Origin: a virus
Lineage: Duplodnaviria > Caudoviricetes
Strand: one strand, 5' to 3'
IMG/VR virus record: IMGVR_UViG_3300028374_000002
Location: 64,001 to 128,000 of that record
Length of the DNA stretch: 64,000 nucleotides
Below the pieces are notes generated by a model, which ran no database searches, was not told the DNA's origin, and saw only the letters and a list, made by a program, of their open reading frames with translations. Every line of letters begins with the position of its first letter. The stretch's first letter is position 1. This document shows positions 20,370 to 30,836 of the stretch, piece by piece. A program made the position numbers and the translations under genes.

Positions 20370-20388
20370 TTGTTTATGTTTTTTTTAT

Positions 20389-20637
20389 TTATCCATTAAT
20401 TTTATCTTCTCTATCAAAAATCTCTTTGATAGATTCTAGTTTTCCCTTAGAGTCTTGGTATTTTTGTAACCACTTATCTTGCTCATCTTGTAAATCAGAG
20501 TGTTCCCCAATTGCAGTTAATCTATCAGATGTGTATAATCTTAATGTTGCTACTGCTGTTTTAATCTCTGATTCGTATCTTAGTACTAGAGCATCTAAAT
20601 ACTCTTTCCCAACTCCTTCTGCCTTTATCTTTCCCAT
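20389..20637 (-). CDS. Small coiled-coil hypothetical protein
   Basis: 82-aa ORF, helical heptad pattern. Confidence 0.6.
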   Translation of the reverse strand: MGKIKAEGVGKEYLDALVLRYESEIKTAVATLRLYTSDRLTAIGEHSDLQDEQDKWLQKYQDSKGKLESIKEIFDREDKING

Positions 20638-20638
20638 A

Positions 20639-21064
20639 TTATATTAAATCTGCGGTTTGTCCATCTGCTTTTTGTTCTTGATATAAATCTTCAACTTGAT
20701 TAGCCTTAGCTACTTTTTCAACACCATACTTATTAACTATTGATGAAAATGTATTTAAGTCTGTTTTTCTCAACTTAATTTTACCAGTTTCTAAGTTACA
20801 TTCTAACTTATCTAGCTCTTGTTCAATTAATATTTGAATTGATTCTTCATCAAACACATCCATTAATTCTTCATTCATAATTACCTTTACTTCTTTATCC
20901 AATATAAAAGAAATATCTTCGGGGATTCTAGAGATTTTGATAATTGTTTTTTGTTTGTAATCTCCTATGAATTGAAATTTGATGTCAATAGGAAATGATT
21001 TCTTATTAAAAACGTCATAAAAGTCTTTAATAGTGTCTTCTGATAATTCTGTGTATCTGTCCAT
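20639..21064 (-). CDS. Hypothetical protein, possibly an inactive phage-metallopeptidase-like fold
   Basis: ILIEQELDKL at the position of the usual LIxHELxH. Confidence 0.4.
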   Translation of the reverse strand: MDRYTELSEDTIKDFYDVFNKKSFPIDIKFQFIGDYKQKTIIKISRIPEDISFILDKEVKVIMNEELMDVFDEESIQILIEQELDKLECNLETGKIKLRKTDLNTFSSIVNKYGVEKVAKANQVEDLYQEQKADGQTADLI

Positions 21065-21103
21065 AATTTTTGTTTTTATTTGTATTATTAATTCTGTAAA
21101 AGT

Positions 21104-21532
21104 TTAAATATAAATGTAAAATAATGTAGCTGTTCCTAAAATAACTAAAGGTGTAAACACATAATACATGAAGTTATAGTACTTGTGGCTTTTGAACAAA
21201 GAAAATCCAAATATTAATAAGAAAGAATATTTACCAACCTTTTCTACTGTGTATGTCTTGTGTAATTCTTTTAATTCTATTGAATCTAGATAAATGCCTA
21301 ATTCTGTAACATACTCTTTAAGATAAGTCTGTGATATTCTTTCAATATCAGACCTCTTTAAAGAATATGCTTCACCAATTAAATTTTCTGGTATATTTAG
21401 AACAGTATACATTCTATCAGCTTTATCAATGCGTACATTATATTTTAGCTTTAAGTTATCTTGTACAGTCTTAATTCTCTTTTTATAGAAATTAAATAGT
21501 TTTATATTTTTAAATACATTACTCATAAACAT
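21104..21532 (-). CDS. Hypothetical protein with C-terminal TM helix
   Basis: FMYYVFTPLVILGTATLFYIYI C-terminus. Confidence 0.6.
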   Translation of the reverse strand: MFMSNVFKNIKLFNFYKKRIKTVQDNLKLKYNVRIDKADRMYTVLNIPENLIGEAYSLKRSDIERISQTYLKEYVTELGIYLDSIELKELHKTYTVEKVGKYSFLLIFGFSLFKSHKYYNFMYYVFTPLVILGTATLFYIYI

Positions 21533-21561
21533 TATACTGTTATAAAGTAAAATGTTTTAAA

Positions 21562-24450
21562 TTAATTTGCTTTATTTATCATTTTATTAAAAGTTCCCTC
21601 TGGATCATCCTCTGAATCACCTGAAAATTCCATTAAAACACTATTCAAAGAAGATGTAGACCTATCTATATTAGTGAGTAATTCTATAACTCTATCTAAT
21701 TTTTCCTCTAGTTGGCTATTATCAACTGATTGGATTTGTGTTCTTGTCTCGATAATACCCGATTGGTTAGTTGAATCACCACCAACAGTTTGTTCATTTT
21801 GCAATTGAAAAGACTCTGGATTACTCATTTGTCCAGTAAATCTAACCATATCTCTGAAATCAGTTATGTTTAATGATTTCATTGATGAACTAAGATTTAT
21901 AAGTGAAGATGCTAATTTATCATAACTTTCTGACAATACAGATATTCTCTTAGCTATCTGTACAATAGGATCGGTTTCAAATATAGCACTAGCACTATCT
22001 CTTAACCCACTAAACATCCCACCTTCATCATCTGCTGTTAGTTCTTTGACCATTTCGTTAAAATCTATCATGTTTTTAGATAAACTCTGCATATAGTCTG
22101 GACTTATGCTAGTTGTGAACATACCATCTTTATCATGTAATATTTTTGCAACCGATGATATTTTGTTAGCAGTGTATAATACTTTTTTATAATTAACATC
22201 TTCTTCGTCTATATAATTTGCTAACATTGTAAAATCCTTTACAACGTTCTCAATACTACTACTCCACTTTTTATCTGGGTAGCTTTCCCATGTTACACCA
22301 TCACTTGAAAATATCTTAGCAACACTAACAATGGTTTCTGCTATGCCACTTATACCAGCTTTTATATCGTTTATAACAGACTTCCCTGATTTCCAAAATC
22401 CAGACTTTTCCATTAATAAATCATAGACTGGTGCAAATGCACCAATTGCCGCCCCAACACCAGCTGACCATTGCTCACTAGGATAAGATCCAGTAAATTT
22501 AGATGCGTTGCTAGCAAAAAAATCAGCAGAACTGACTATACTCTTAGAAATGGTAGTAATAGCATCATTCATATCAGAAAGAGAAACACCTCCACCAAAA
22601 AAACTGTTATTCTTAGAGATAGCCTCATAAACTACTGAGAATGCACCAATTGCCAATGCAGTTCCCTTTGCCCAACTTTCATCTGGTCCACCAGCATAAC
22701 TCCCTTTTTGTAATTTAAAAGACAATGCAACAATTGTATCTCCAATGCTTAACATCATTGCTTTAGCTTTATCCCAAGGGCTTTCTGCACCAAAAAACTT
22801 AACAACAGATGATGCTAATCCAACTGCACCTAATGCAACCATTATTGGTGCAAACGTGGAGAATAACAATGCAGTTGATTTTGCCCATTCTGTCATATTG
22901 GGAATGTTATAATTACCCTCTCTAAGTATTTTAGATGTAGCCACTATAGTTCCAGCCACACCAAGTATAGCAACTAAACCTGCTGCAAAAACAAGTGCTT
23001 GTGGACCAGCAACAAACAATCCTAGTCCAATTGCGGCAGCACCAAAACCCAAGAGTGACAAACCAACACCAGTTATCCAATCCATATCTGGGAAATCTTC
23101 ATAATTACCTAGGTTAAGTAATTGAGAAGATGCCGCAATCACACCAGCAAGTGCTATAATAGACAAGCCACCTTTTGCAATAGCACCAGGTGATAGTTTT
23201 AATTTATCAATCAATTTTATAGGTAATACCATAAGAGAGACAACTATAGCCATTGTTGATCCTAATAATAATATATTAAGCATTTTAGAAGAATCTATAT
23301 CAGCAGTTTCTTTCAAAAAATGCGAAGAAGCCATAATAGCTAGGGATAGTCCAGTAAATATAGCAGGTGCTGCCAATGATGCAACAATAGCAGTTTTAAA
23401 GTCCATTCCTTTAAACGATGTGATTATTTGTCTTAGACCAAATGACAGTAAAACAAATATACCACTTACCATAGCCGCTGAAAAGAATTGTGTTAGACCT
23501 AGAGGTTGTACATCTTTTAAAAAGTGAGAGGAAGCCATAATAGCCATAGAAAACCCAATGAAGATAACTGATGCCAAACCAGCTGCCAAAGCAGCAGTTC
23601 CTAAGTCCATTCCTTTAAATGCTGATATTATATTCCTAAGACCATATGACATTACTACAAATATTCCCATAGTCATTATAGCACCAAAGAATGACACTAA
23701 GCCTAACGGTTGAGTATTTGCTAAATATTCCGAGGATTTTGATACTGCCCAAGATATTACTGGTAATATAATTGGTATGAATAAAGATGCAGTTATTATA
23801 TCTGTAAATGATGCCCCTCTAAACGCATCTATCATATTCTTAACACCATATGACAGTATTGCAAATGCTGATGACATTACTATAAGGCTTGCGAACTGTT
23901 CGCCTGATATTGGCTTAGACTGTGATAAAAAATAGCTAGATATAGTAAGTGCAATAGATGCTAGTACTAACGCACCAGATGCTATTGCGGCACTTTCTAG
24001 ACTTAGATTTAAACTAGCGACCTTTTCAAAGGCAATAGATAATATTGTAATTGCTAGAGAAAGTCCGATAACTGACATAACATCTACTGAACCAACTAAA
24101 TTAAATGCTGATCCAATGGCTAAGACAGCAACTGCAATCATAAGGATTGTCCCAACACCCCTCTCTATTTTTTCCTTTTTATCTTCACCAACTTGGATAC
24201 CTTCTGTTTTTTCGCCCTCTTTTTGTTTAGAGAGTTCTATAATAGTCTCTTGATTTTTTAGTATGTCTTGTGTATTAGCCTTTATCTCATTTATACTAAT
24301 AGATATGGTTTGTAATTGTTTACCAAAATCACCACTTTGTATGGCTTGTGCAGTAGCAGATTTAGGAGTATCCTTACTTTCTAAGGATCTTGCTAATTCC
24401 TCTAAGCCATAACTTATATTATCTAGTGCATCTAATAATCTCTTATCCAT
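21562..24450 (-). CDS. Tape-measure-like protein
   Basis: 962 aa, long Ala/Gly/hydrophobic helical repeats (IISAFKGMDLGTA / IITSFKGMDFKTA) with coiled-coil ends. Confidence 0.6.
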   Translation of the reverse strand: MDKRLLDALDNISYGLEELARSLESKDTPKSATAQAIQSGDFGKQLQTISISINEIKANTQDILKNQETIIELSKQKEGEKTEGIQVGEDKKEKIERGVGTILMIAVAVLAIGSAFNLVGSVDVMSVIGLSLAITILSIAFEKVASLNLSLESAAIASGALVLASIALTISSYFLSQSKPISGEQFASLIVMSSAFAILSYGVKNMIDAFRGASFTDIITASLFIPIILPVISWAVSKSSEYLANTQPLGLVSFFGAIMTMGIFVVMSYGLRNIISAFKGMDLGTAALAAGLASVIFIGFSMAIMASSHFLKDVQPLGLTQFFSAAMVSGIFVLLSFGLRQIITSFKGMDFKTAIVASLAAPAIFTGLSLAIMASSHFLKETADIDSSKMLNILLLGSTMAIVVSLMVLPIKLIDKLKLSPGAIAKGGLSIIALAGVIAASSQLLNLGNYEDFPDMDWITGVGLSLLGFGAAAIGLGLFVAGPQALVFAAGLVAILGVAGTIVATSKILREGNYNIPNMTEWAKSTALLFSTFAPIMVALGAVGLASSVVKFFGAESPWDKAKAMMLSIGDTIVALSFKLQKGSYAGGPDESWAKGTALAIGAFSVVYEAISKNNSFFGGGVSLSDMNDAITTISKSIVSSADFFASNASKFTGSYPSEQWSAGVGAAIGAFAPVYDLLMEKSGFWKSGKSVINDIKAGISGIAETIVSVAKIFSSDGVTWESYPDKKWSSSIENVVKDFTMLANYIDEEDVNYKKVLYTANKISSVAKILHDKDGMFTTSISPDYMQSLSKNMIDFNEMVKELTADDEGGMFSGLRDSASAIFETDPIVQIAKRISVLSESYDKLASSLINLSSSMKSLNITDFRDMVRFTGQMSNPESFQLQNEQTVGGDSTNQSGIIETRTQIQSVDNSQLEEKLDRVIELLTNIDRSTSSLNSVLMEFSGDSEDDPEGTFNKMINKAN

Positions 24451-24511
24451 ATAAAACTTTTAGTTATAACTATATATAAAAATGTAAGTATTCTTATTAA
24501 ATATATACCAT

Positions 24512-24922
24512 ATGAAAACTATTATAAACAAAGAGATATTAAAAAGTTTAGTCAGATTTAATAAAATAAAGGACAGAATATCTAGAAACGAGAAGAATGA
24601 GTTATATAGTACAATATATAGTAATGAAAAGAACTATATGATGTTATCTAAAAATATTACGTTTTATAGGTTAAAAGATATGCTTGATAAGAAAGTTAAG
24701 ATAGTTTGTAACTTAAAAGACAGAAATGGTAAGATAGGTGAAAGAGTTTTGAATATAATATCTAATATAGATACTAGTTATGATTTATTATTATCAAGAA
24801 ATACGCCTTGTAAATTAGAAGACCGTTTTCTTTATAATATAAAATATAATGAGAAGAAGAAATATTATTCCTTGGAAGAGCATAGTGAGTATTTTGAAAA
24901 AATAAAAATAAATAATGATTAA
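24512..24922 (+). CDS. Hypothetical protein
   Basis: 136-aa ORF. Confidence 0.55.
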   Translation: MKTIINKEILKSLVRFNKIKDRISRNEKNELYSTIYSNEKNYMMLSKNITFYRLKDMLDKKVKIVCNLKDRNGKIGERVLNIISNIDTSYDLLLSRNTPCKLEDRFLYNIKYNEKKKYYSLEEHSEYFEKIKINND

Positions 24923-25187
24923 AAAGTTTAAACAATTCAACGAAGAAATATCTGGTACAGAGTTAGTTGGACCAATTGGACCAGCTTATGGAGAGACTGG
25001 ATTACAGAATAAAACTGTTAATTCACATGATACTAATGTAATATTTTGTGATATAAATAATAACTTTTACACTATTGATGAGTATAATAATTTATATGCA
25101 GATTATTTAAAAGAGGGTGGGAGTCCATTATATGGATTTAACTTAGAAAATATACATACTATAATTTCATTTTTAGAAAGTGAATAA
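24915..25187 (+). CDS. Hypothetical protein (MIKKFKQFNEE N-terminus)
   Basis: Overlaps the upstream stop. Confidence 0.65.
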   Translation: MIKKFKQFNEEISGTELVGPIGPAYGETGLQNKTVNSHDTNVIFCDINNNFYTIDEYNNLYADYLKEGGSPLYGFNLENIHTIISFLESE

Positions 25188-25215
25188 CATTGATAAAAAC
25201 AAAAATCAAGAATAA

Positions 25216-26544
25216 ATGAGTAAATTAATAACACTAAATGGATTGGACGAGGCTGATTTAATAAGCGATATGCTTAGTACGGAAATACTAGTATATGAGG
25301 ATGTGCAAGGTAGTAAAATATGGGTTAATTGGGATGGTAAAGAATTTACCATAAAGCCAAAATCTATATCTAGCGAACCTATAAATCTTATAGATTTAGC
25401 AATGCAAAATTATTATAATGCTGCTATTGATTATTTTAATACACTAGATAAAAGAGTTCAATCCCTTCTTAATAAAAAATGGTGGTTTTGTTTTGAATAT
25501 TTCCCAGATAACCAACCAGCTAATATTGAGTATAATGATACACCTAGAAATAATATGGTTCTTACTTCAATTAACAAATCTGGTAAATATGACTTTAACA
25601 TTGAAGAATTAGAAGAATATGCCAGGCTATTTAATGTTGATGTAATACCTGTTATATTTCAAGGTAAGTTAACTGAAAGTATGAAGGAAGCAATAAAGTA
25701 CTTTTTAAATACAAGTGAGGATGATTTAGAATATATATTTGGTGAGAAATCTTTTGCATACTTTTTTTATAAGATATTAAATCCATCTTTGAATAATTCT
25801 TTTCTGATGGATAGTGATTACTTTCAAGAAAATATAGAAAAGCTTATAATAAATACAATAAATAATGATATATCATTTGAACTTTTAAATCCATTATACA
25901 CAAGGGTTGATAATACTAATAATACTGAGTTTGTTGAAATATATACACTTATACTTGTTAATTTCCTTAATTTTTGTCAGTCGGTAAATATTGAGGAAAT
26001 TAAAATTAAAGAGGATAGTAAGGACGAAGCTTACATATATCTTATGTCCAAACTATTTAACATATATGTTTCCCAAGTTAAAGAAGATTTATTAAAATTC
26101 GATTTTATTGTTCCAGAATTCTTTGATAAAGATAAATTCAAGATAAACACTGAATTAATTAGCAACAAATTGACTAAAGATTATATAAGCCAAGACCGTA
26201 AGTTAGAGTATATATTCAAAGTTGTACTTGGATCTTTTAAATCAAAGCGAAAAAAACCAATTGGTATATTTACTGAGAATACTGTCATATTATTCAATAA
26301 ATTTGTTAACGATATTAGCAAGATAATAGAGAGACACCTTGGTAAGATACATGAAGTTGAATTGAATAAGTCAGGTCTTCTAGATTTTGGGGATTTCTTT
26401 GATATAAAATATGATACAGATGCAGAAGGTCAAGTATATCCAGATGTTTATGATGAATTCGAGAAGGGTCAAGATAATAGTAAGAAAGGTAAGAAAGGTA
26501 AAGGTGGTAAGTTTGATATACCTTCTAAAGACGATCTTAAATAG
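25216..26544 (+). CDS. ATP-dependent ligase-fold (Rnl2-like) protein lacking the catalytic lysine
   Basis: LVYEDVQGSKIWV (motif I, normally EKxDG), FCFEYF (III), IPVIFQG, IEKLII (IV-like). Confidence 0.5.
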   Translation: MSKLITLNGLDEADLISDMLSTEILVYEDVQGSKIWVNWDGKEFTIKPKSISSEPINLIDLAMQNYYNAAIDYFNTLDKRVQSLLNKKWWFCFEYFPDNQPANIEYNDTPRNNMVLTSINKSGKYDFNIEELEEYARLFNVDVIPVIFQGKLTESMKEAIKYFLNTSEDDLEYIFGEKSFAYFFYKILNPSLNNSFLMDSDYFQENIEKLIINTINNDISFELLNPLYTRVDNTNNTEFVEIYTLILVNFLNFCQSVNIEEIKIKEDSKDEAYIYLMSKLFNIYVSQVKEDLLKFDFIVPEFFDKDKFKINTELISNKLTKDYISQDRKLEYIFKVVLGSFKSKRKKPIGIFTENTVILFNKFVNDISKIIERHLGKIHEVELNKSGLLDFGDFFDIKYDTDAEGQVYPDVYDEFEKGQDNSKKGKKGKGGKFDIPSKDDLK

Positions 26545-26583
26545 AAATATACAAATTTAAAAAATCAACCACATTATATAGCT

Positions 26584-27822
26584 ATGGTAAAAAAAGAATC
26601 TAGTATTTATGCTAAAAGCGAGAAGAAGCTATCTGGATTACACAAGAACTTAAATAATAAGAAATTCGTATATCAATTCCTACCTCATTTCTTTAATGAT
26701 ATGATAGATCAGAAAAAGATACGTCATAAAGAAAAGAATTTAAAAGTAGATTACCTGATTGATATAATTAATAACCTTATACTTAAACATTATATAAATA
26801 AACGTAATGGATTTCCATTAAATTCGAGTGTTTTAAAGGAGAGATATGGTATGAATTATAATTATTATATCGATTACTTACTTTGTATAAAAGTTATTAA
26901 CTTAGATAAGGACTATCTAAAATCTGTATCTTCTAGGATATATTCTTTAAAGCCTATTGTGTTCAGTAAGAAGATGACACGTTATGAGAACAAAGACAGT
27001 TTTGTATTAAAAAAGTATACAAAACGTGTTTTAGAAGATTATGAAATATGTAAAAAAGATGGAAACCTTATAGAGTTTTTTGTTAGGGAAAAACTTATAG
27101 AAGACTTATTTTCAGTTGAAATAGATGAACAAAGGTCTATGTCTTTCCTAAACACGATCAAAGGGGATGGAACGGAGTCTTATAACAAGAATAGCTATGC
27201 AGTTGAGTGTGTTAGAAATAATCATATATTCTACCACTTTGATAAGTATGGTAGGATGCATACTAACTTTACAATACTTAAGTCATTTATAAGAAAAAAC
27301 TGCTTGAAAATTAATGGTAGTGATGTTAGAGAGATTGATATATCAAATTCCCAACCTTTATTTTTGACTAAGCTTATTGAAGAGTCTGGGACTAAATGGG
27401 TTAATAAAGAAGAATTTGATATTTTTAAGGCGTTGACAAAAAATGGTAATTTCTATAAATACCTTATGACTAAACTAGATATTAGAGATAGAAAAAAAGC
27501 AAAAACTATGACATATAGTGTTTTATTTGGAAATCATATTTATAAGTCAAAAAGTGATAAAATGTTTCAAAAATTATTTCCAACTATATTTAATTTTATA
27601 AATCTATATAAAAGGGATTGTGGTAATTATAAAAAATTATCATGTGACTTACAGAGAATGGAATCTAATGTTATATTTAATAGAATAGTTAAAACAGTAA
27701 TGGAGCGTAATCCTAGTATCAAAATGATAACAGTACACGATAGTATCATTGTTCCAATAGAGCATTATGACTATGTTAATGATATCTTCCAAAAAATCTT
27801 ATTATCAGAGTTCTCTTTTTAA
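26584..27822 (+). CDS. Small family-A / single-subunit-polymerase-like protein (palm and fingers)
   Basis: DKYGRMHT, EIDISNSQP (motif A), KAKTMTYSVLFG (motif B), ITVHDSII (motif C). Confidence 0.6.
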   Translation: MVKKESSIYAKSEKKLSGLHKNLNNKKFVYQFLPHFFNDMIDQKKIRHKEKNLKVDYLIDIINNLILKHYINKRNGFPLNSSVLKERYGMNYNYYIDYLLCIKVINLDKDYLKSVSSRIYSLKPIVFSKKMTRYENKDSFVLKKYTKRVLEDYEICKKDGNLIEFFVREKLIEDLFSVEIDEQRSMSFLNTIKGDGTESYNKNSYAVECVRNNHIFYHFDKYGRMHTNFTILKSFIRKNCLKINGSDVREIDISNSQPLFLTKLIEESGTKWVNKEEFDIFKALTKNGNFYKYLMTKLDIRDRKKAKTMTYSVLFGNHIYKSKSDKMFQKLFPTIFNFINLYKRDCGNYKKLSCDLQRMESNVIFNRIVKTVMERNPSIKMITVHDSIIVPIEHYDYVNDIFQKILLSEFSF

Positions 27823-27833
27823 TATATAGTAAA

Positions 27834-28373
27834 ATGGACTTAGAAAACAAGAAATCGTCTTTTATACTTATAACATGTGATAAAATAGAAGATATAATAT
27901 CTGTTTTATACGCTAAGGAGTATAAAATAATAGAACTGAAGCAATATTATAGGGGCCATCATAAGCCTAGTATTATTGCATATAGCAACACTGGTAATGA
28001 CTGCCTTAGAGATGATGCTATTTTTATACTAGACCACTTTAAAGAGCCTTCAATGGTTATTAAATACTTGGGGGAGGAAGTTGTAAAACAAATAAGATTT
28101 GATGGCTCAGAGAGCCTATTAGAAGTATCTATGTTTAATACTGATAACGACAGAACATGTTATTTACTAAACGGTGTCTCATTTTCTTTTGTAGATATAG
28201 ATAGATACTGGAATCCTGTTAATAAGGATGATTTAAGAGATGGTATGATAGTTGAATATATGAACAATAGTATTTGGTATGAGAAGAAAATAACTAATGT
28301 AAATGAGGATTATGATAACTTTTTTAAGCTTCTTATGAAATATGATAAGGTCAGAGTGAAATCAAGGCCTTAA
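27834..28373 (+). CDS. Hypothetical protein
   Basis: 179-aa ORF preceded by TAATATATA (27820). Confidence 0.65.
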   Translation: MDLENKKSSFILITCDKIEDIISVLYAKEYKIIELKQYYRGHHKPSIIAYSNTGNDCLRDDAIFILDHFKEPSMVIKYLGEEVVKQIRFDGSESLLEVSMFNTDNDRTCYLLNGVSFSFVDIDRYWNPVNKDDLRDGMIVEYMNNSIWYEKKITNVNEDYDNFFKLLMKYDKVRVKSRP

Positions 28374-29140
28374 ATAATATTAAACCAACAAAGATTGTTC
28401 TCTAAAGATAACCCTTCATCTAAATAGTAGCAATTATTAGTTTTGTCAATCATTAACTTCAAACCATTATTACTATTATTAACTATTATTATTTTATTGG
28501 GATTAATTCTTTGGTCACAAATAGAATTATAATTTTTATCTATAGGATATTCTAAGTTTAGAAGGGATAATATATCCATAACACGTGTTCCTACTAATAA
28601 AGTTTTTTTACCAGTAAAGTGTTCATTGTCCCCAATTGATGACCAATCAATATCATAACTCATTTGCATATCATAATTTTGTATTGAAAAATATATTTTG
28701 TTAGCATTATCTATCATATTATCATAGTTTGTGTTTCTTATATCATTCTTCAAAGAAATATCATTGAGCTGTGTTTTCCCTATAGTTTTTTTATATTTAG
28801 TCTTGTTATCTATAGTGCTTACAATATCTTCGTAAGTAACTAAATCATTTATTATCCTATTAGGTCTAATCACTTTTTCAATAGTTTCAAAGTAAGAAGT
28901 TTCTGTCCAAAATCTTGTATCTGTGTATAACATATCTACTTCCCTTTTTTTTGCTTTATAAGCCTCTTCACAACACTCATCATTTATATAGAAAATACTG
29001 ATTTCTCTTAATTCTTTTTTTGCTTTATTAATGCTTTCTTCTCTTGATAGTTTTTTATGTTGAACATAACTTATTCTTAAGTCTCTACCTTCATTATTAA
29101 CTTCTTTATACATTGTTAATAATTTTGCTTTTTCTATCAT
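28370..29140 (-). CDS. Hypothetical protein
   Basis: 256-aa ORF, 4-nt overlap with the upstream gene end. Confidence 0.65.
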   Translation of the reverse strand: MIEKAKLLTMYKEVNNEGRDLRISYVQHKKLSREESINKAKKELREISIFYINDECCEEAYKAKKREVDMLYTDTRFWTETSYFETIEKVIRPNRIINDLVTYEDIVSTIDNKTKYKKTIGKTQLNDISLKNDIRNTNYDNMIDNANKIYFSIQNYDMQMSYDIDWSSIGDNEHFTGKKTLLVGTRVMDILSLLNLEYPIDKNYNSICDQRINPNKIIIVNNSNNGLKLMIDKTNNCYYLDEGLSLENNLCWFNII

Positions 29141-29891
29141 AATTGGTATTTGTTTTTTAAACCTTTATTATTTAAATGTTTAATATTTACACTTAATTCA
29201 CCTTTACTCATTAATCTGTATTTGTTGAATAGATTTAGATTCCTCTTATAAGCATCAACATCTGTAAGACCCCTTGTATGATATAAGTGATAGCAATTCC
29301 CTGTTAGTTCAATATGGTTTAAGAAGTGTTTACTTTTTATCGATTGGAAGTCATCTTCTGCACCCATCCAACAAATAGTTCATTCCATCCATGTATTTTT
29401 TCAATAGCACTTCTAGTAAACATAGCTATCCCACCGCATATATTTATTTTCTGTATATCTTCATCACCTCTACCTAGTCTGTTTATACTCATAATGTTTT
29501 TCATTGGTAAATTTGATTCACACTCGTTTAAGTCTATGACTTTATTGTATGGACTAACCATATCATATTTATCCAATAGGTTTATACTTTCTATAAACTT
29601 ATTGGGATTCATAACTATATCAGTATCAGAAAATATAATTTTATTGGTAGTAGAATATTTAAGACCAACGTTAAATCCCCATGATTTATTAAATAATTCA
29701 CTAGATTCTATAAAGATATGCTTAGCATCTAAGTTTAATTCTGATATTTTTGAATTAGTGTCTTGTTCGACTAGAATAATTTCTGCACCCGCAAATAAAT
29801 TAATCCAATCAATAACCTTTTTTAATGGGTTTAACCTATCAGTTCTGTGTCTGTAGCATATTATAAACGAAAATTTGTAATTGTTTTTCAT
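29137..29891 (-). pseudogene. GT2/GT7-C-type glycosyltransferase interrupted by a 1-nt frameshift
   Basis: IILVEQ, FNKSWGFNVG, IIFSDTD (DxD), GWNELFVGW in one frame; GAEDDF...CYHLYH continues in another; one extra G at 29363-29365 restores GWGAEDD. Confidence 0.8.
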
Positions 29892-29957
29892 GTTGATATA
29901 TTTATGTTTGTATTAAATTAAACTTAAATGTTTAAAATTATATAATAAATAAAGCTA

Positions 29958-30716
29958 TTGTACATGAATAATATAAAATTATTGTGGTTTCCTAGTGATA
30001 ACTGGGGAGATGCATTGAGTCCACACATGGTTAGGTTCATAAGTGGTAAAAATGTTGTATACTCTGCTCCTAATAAGTACGAAGATAAATATAGTTGTAT
30101 AGGAAGTATATTATCACATTCAAATGATAAAACAATCGTGTGGGGATCAGGATTGATATCTAGCAATAGTAATATTATATCTCAGCCTGATATAAGAGCA
30201 GTAAGAGGACCATTGACTAGAGATTTAATACTAAAACAAGGATATAAATGCCCAGAAGTTTATGGAGATCCAGCACTTCTTATGTCACATTTTTATGACG
30301 TTGATATAGATAAAAAATTCAAAGTCGGTATTTTACCACACTATGTGGACAAGGAGTCATATTGGGTAGTTAAAAATAAAACTGAGAAAGATGTTTTATT
30401 TATTGATATAAAAGGTGGTTTAGAAAAAGTTATTAACCAAGTTAAATCATGTGATTATATAATAACTAGTTCTCTACATGGTATAATATGTGCAGATACA
30501 TATGGTGTTAAAAGTATATGGATAAAAATATCTAATGATATAGAAGGTGGTAGCTTTAAATTTAATGATTATTTTTTGTCGATTGGTCAAGGGATTAAAC
30601 AACCTTTAGTTGTTAAGAGAGATACAACCATAAAGCAAGTTTTAAATAAATATATACCTTATTCTGTTAATATAGATTTGGAAAAACTTGCTGATGCTTG
30701 TCCTTTCTTTGATTAG
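29958..30716 (+). CDS. Polysaccharide pyruvyltransferase (ExoV-like)
   Basis: NWGDALS, IGSIL, VWGSG, AVRGPLT, YGDPALL, SSLHGII. Confidence 0.85.
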   Translation: MYMNNIKLLWFPSDNWGDALSPHMVRFISGKNVVYSAPNKYEDKYSCIGSILSHSNDKTIVWGSGLISSNSNIISQPDIRAVRGPLTRDLILKQGYKCPEVYGDPALLMSHFYDVDIDKKFKVGILPHYVDKESYWVVKNKTEKDVLFIDIKGGLEKVINQVKSCDYIITSSLHGIICADTYGVKSIWIKISNDIEGGSFKFNDYFLSIGQGIKQPLVVKRDTTIKQVLNKYIPYSVNIDLEKLADACPFFD

Positions 30717-30836
30717 CTATTCATATCATATATTAAATGGTATTGGTATTGGTATTGGTGCTGAAACTAACATTATTTATATTTACTTTCAAACATTTAA
30801 ATATATAAAATCTATAACTACAAATTATATTAAGAC

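Noticed and set aside
29326-29856. Long antisense ORFs in the track (for example 29326-29856 +, 57412-58251 -, 34566-34964 -, 36869-37285 -, 39299-39682 -)
   Set aside because: They lie fully opposite well-supported genes, mostly use non-ATG starts and have no recognisable motifs; they are shadow ORFs.
30746-30770. GGTATT x3 microsatellite in the intergenic region
   Set aside because: Too short, with no associated ORF or structure to support a function.
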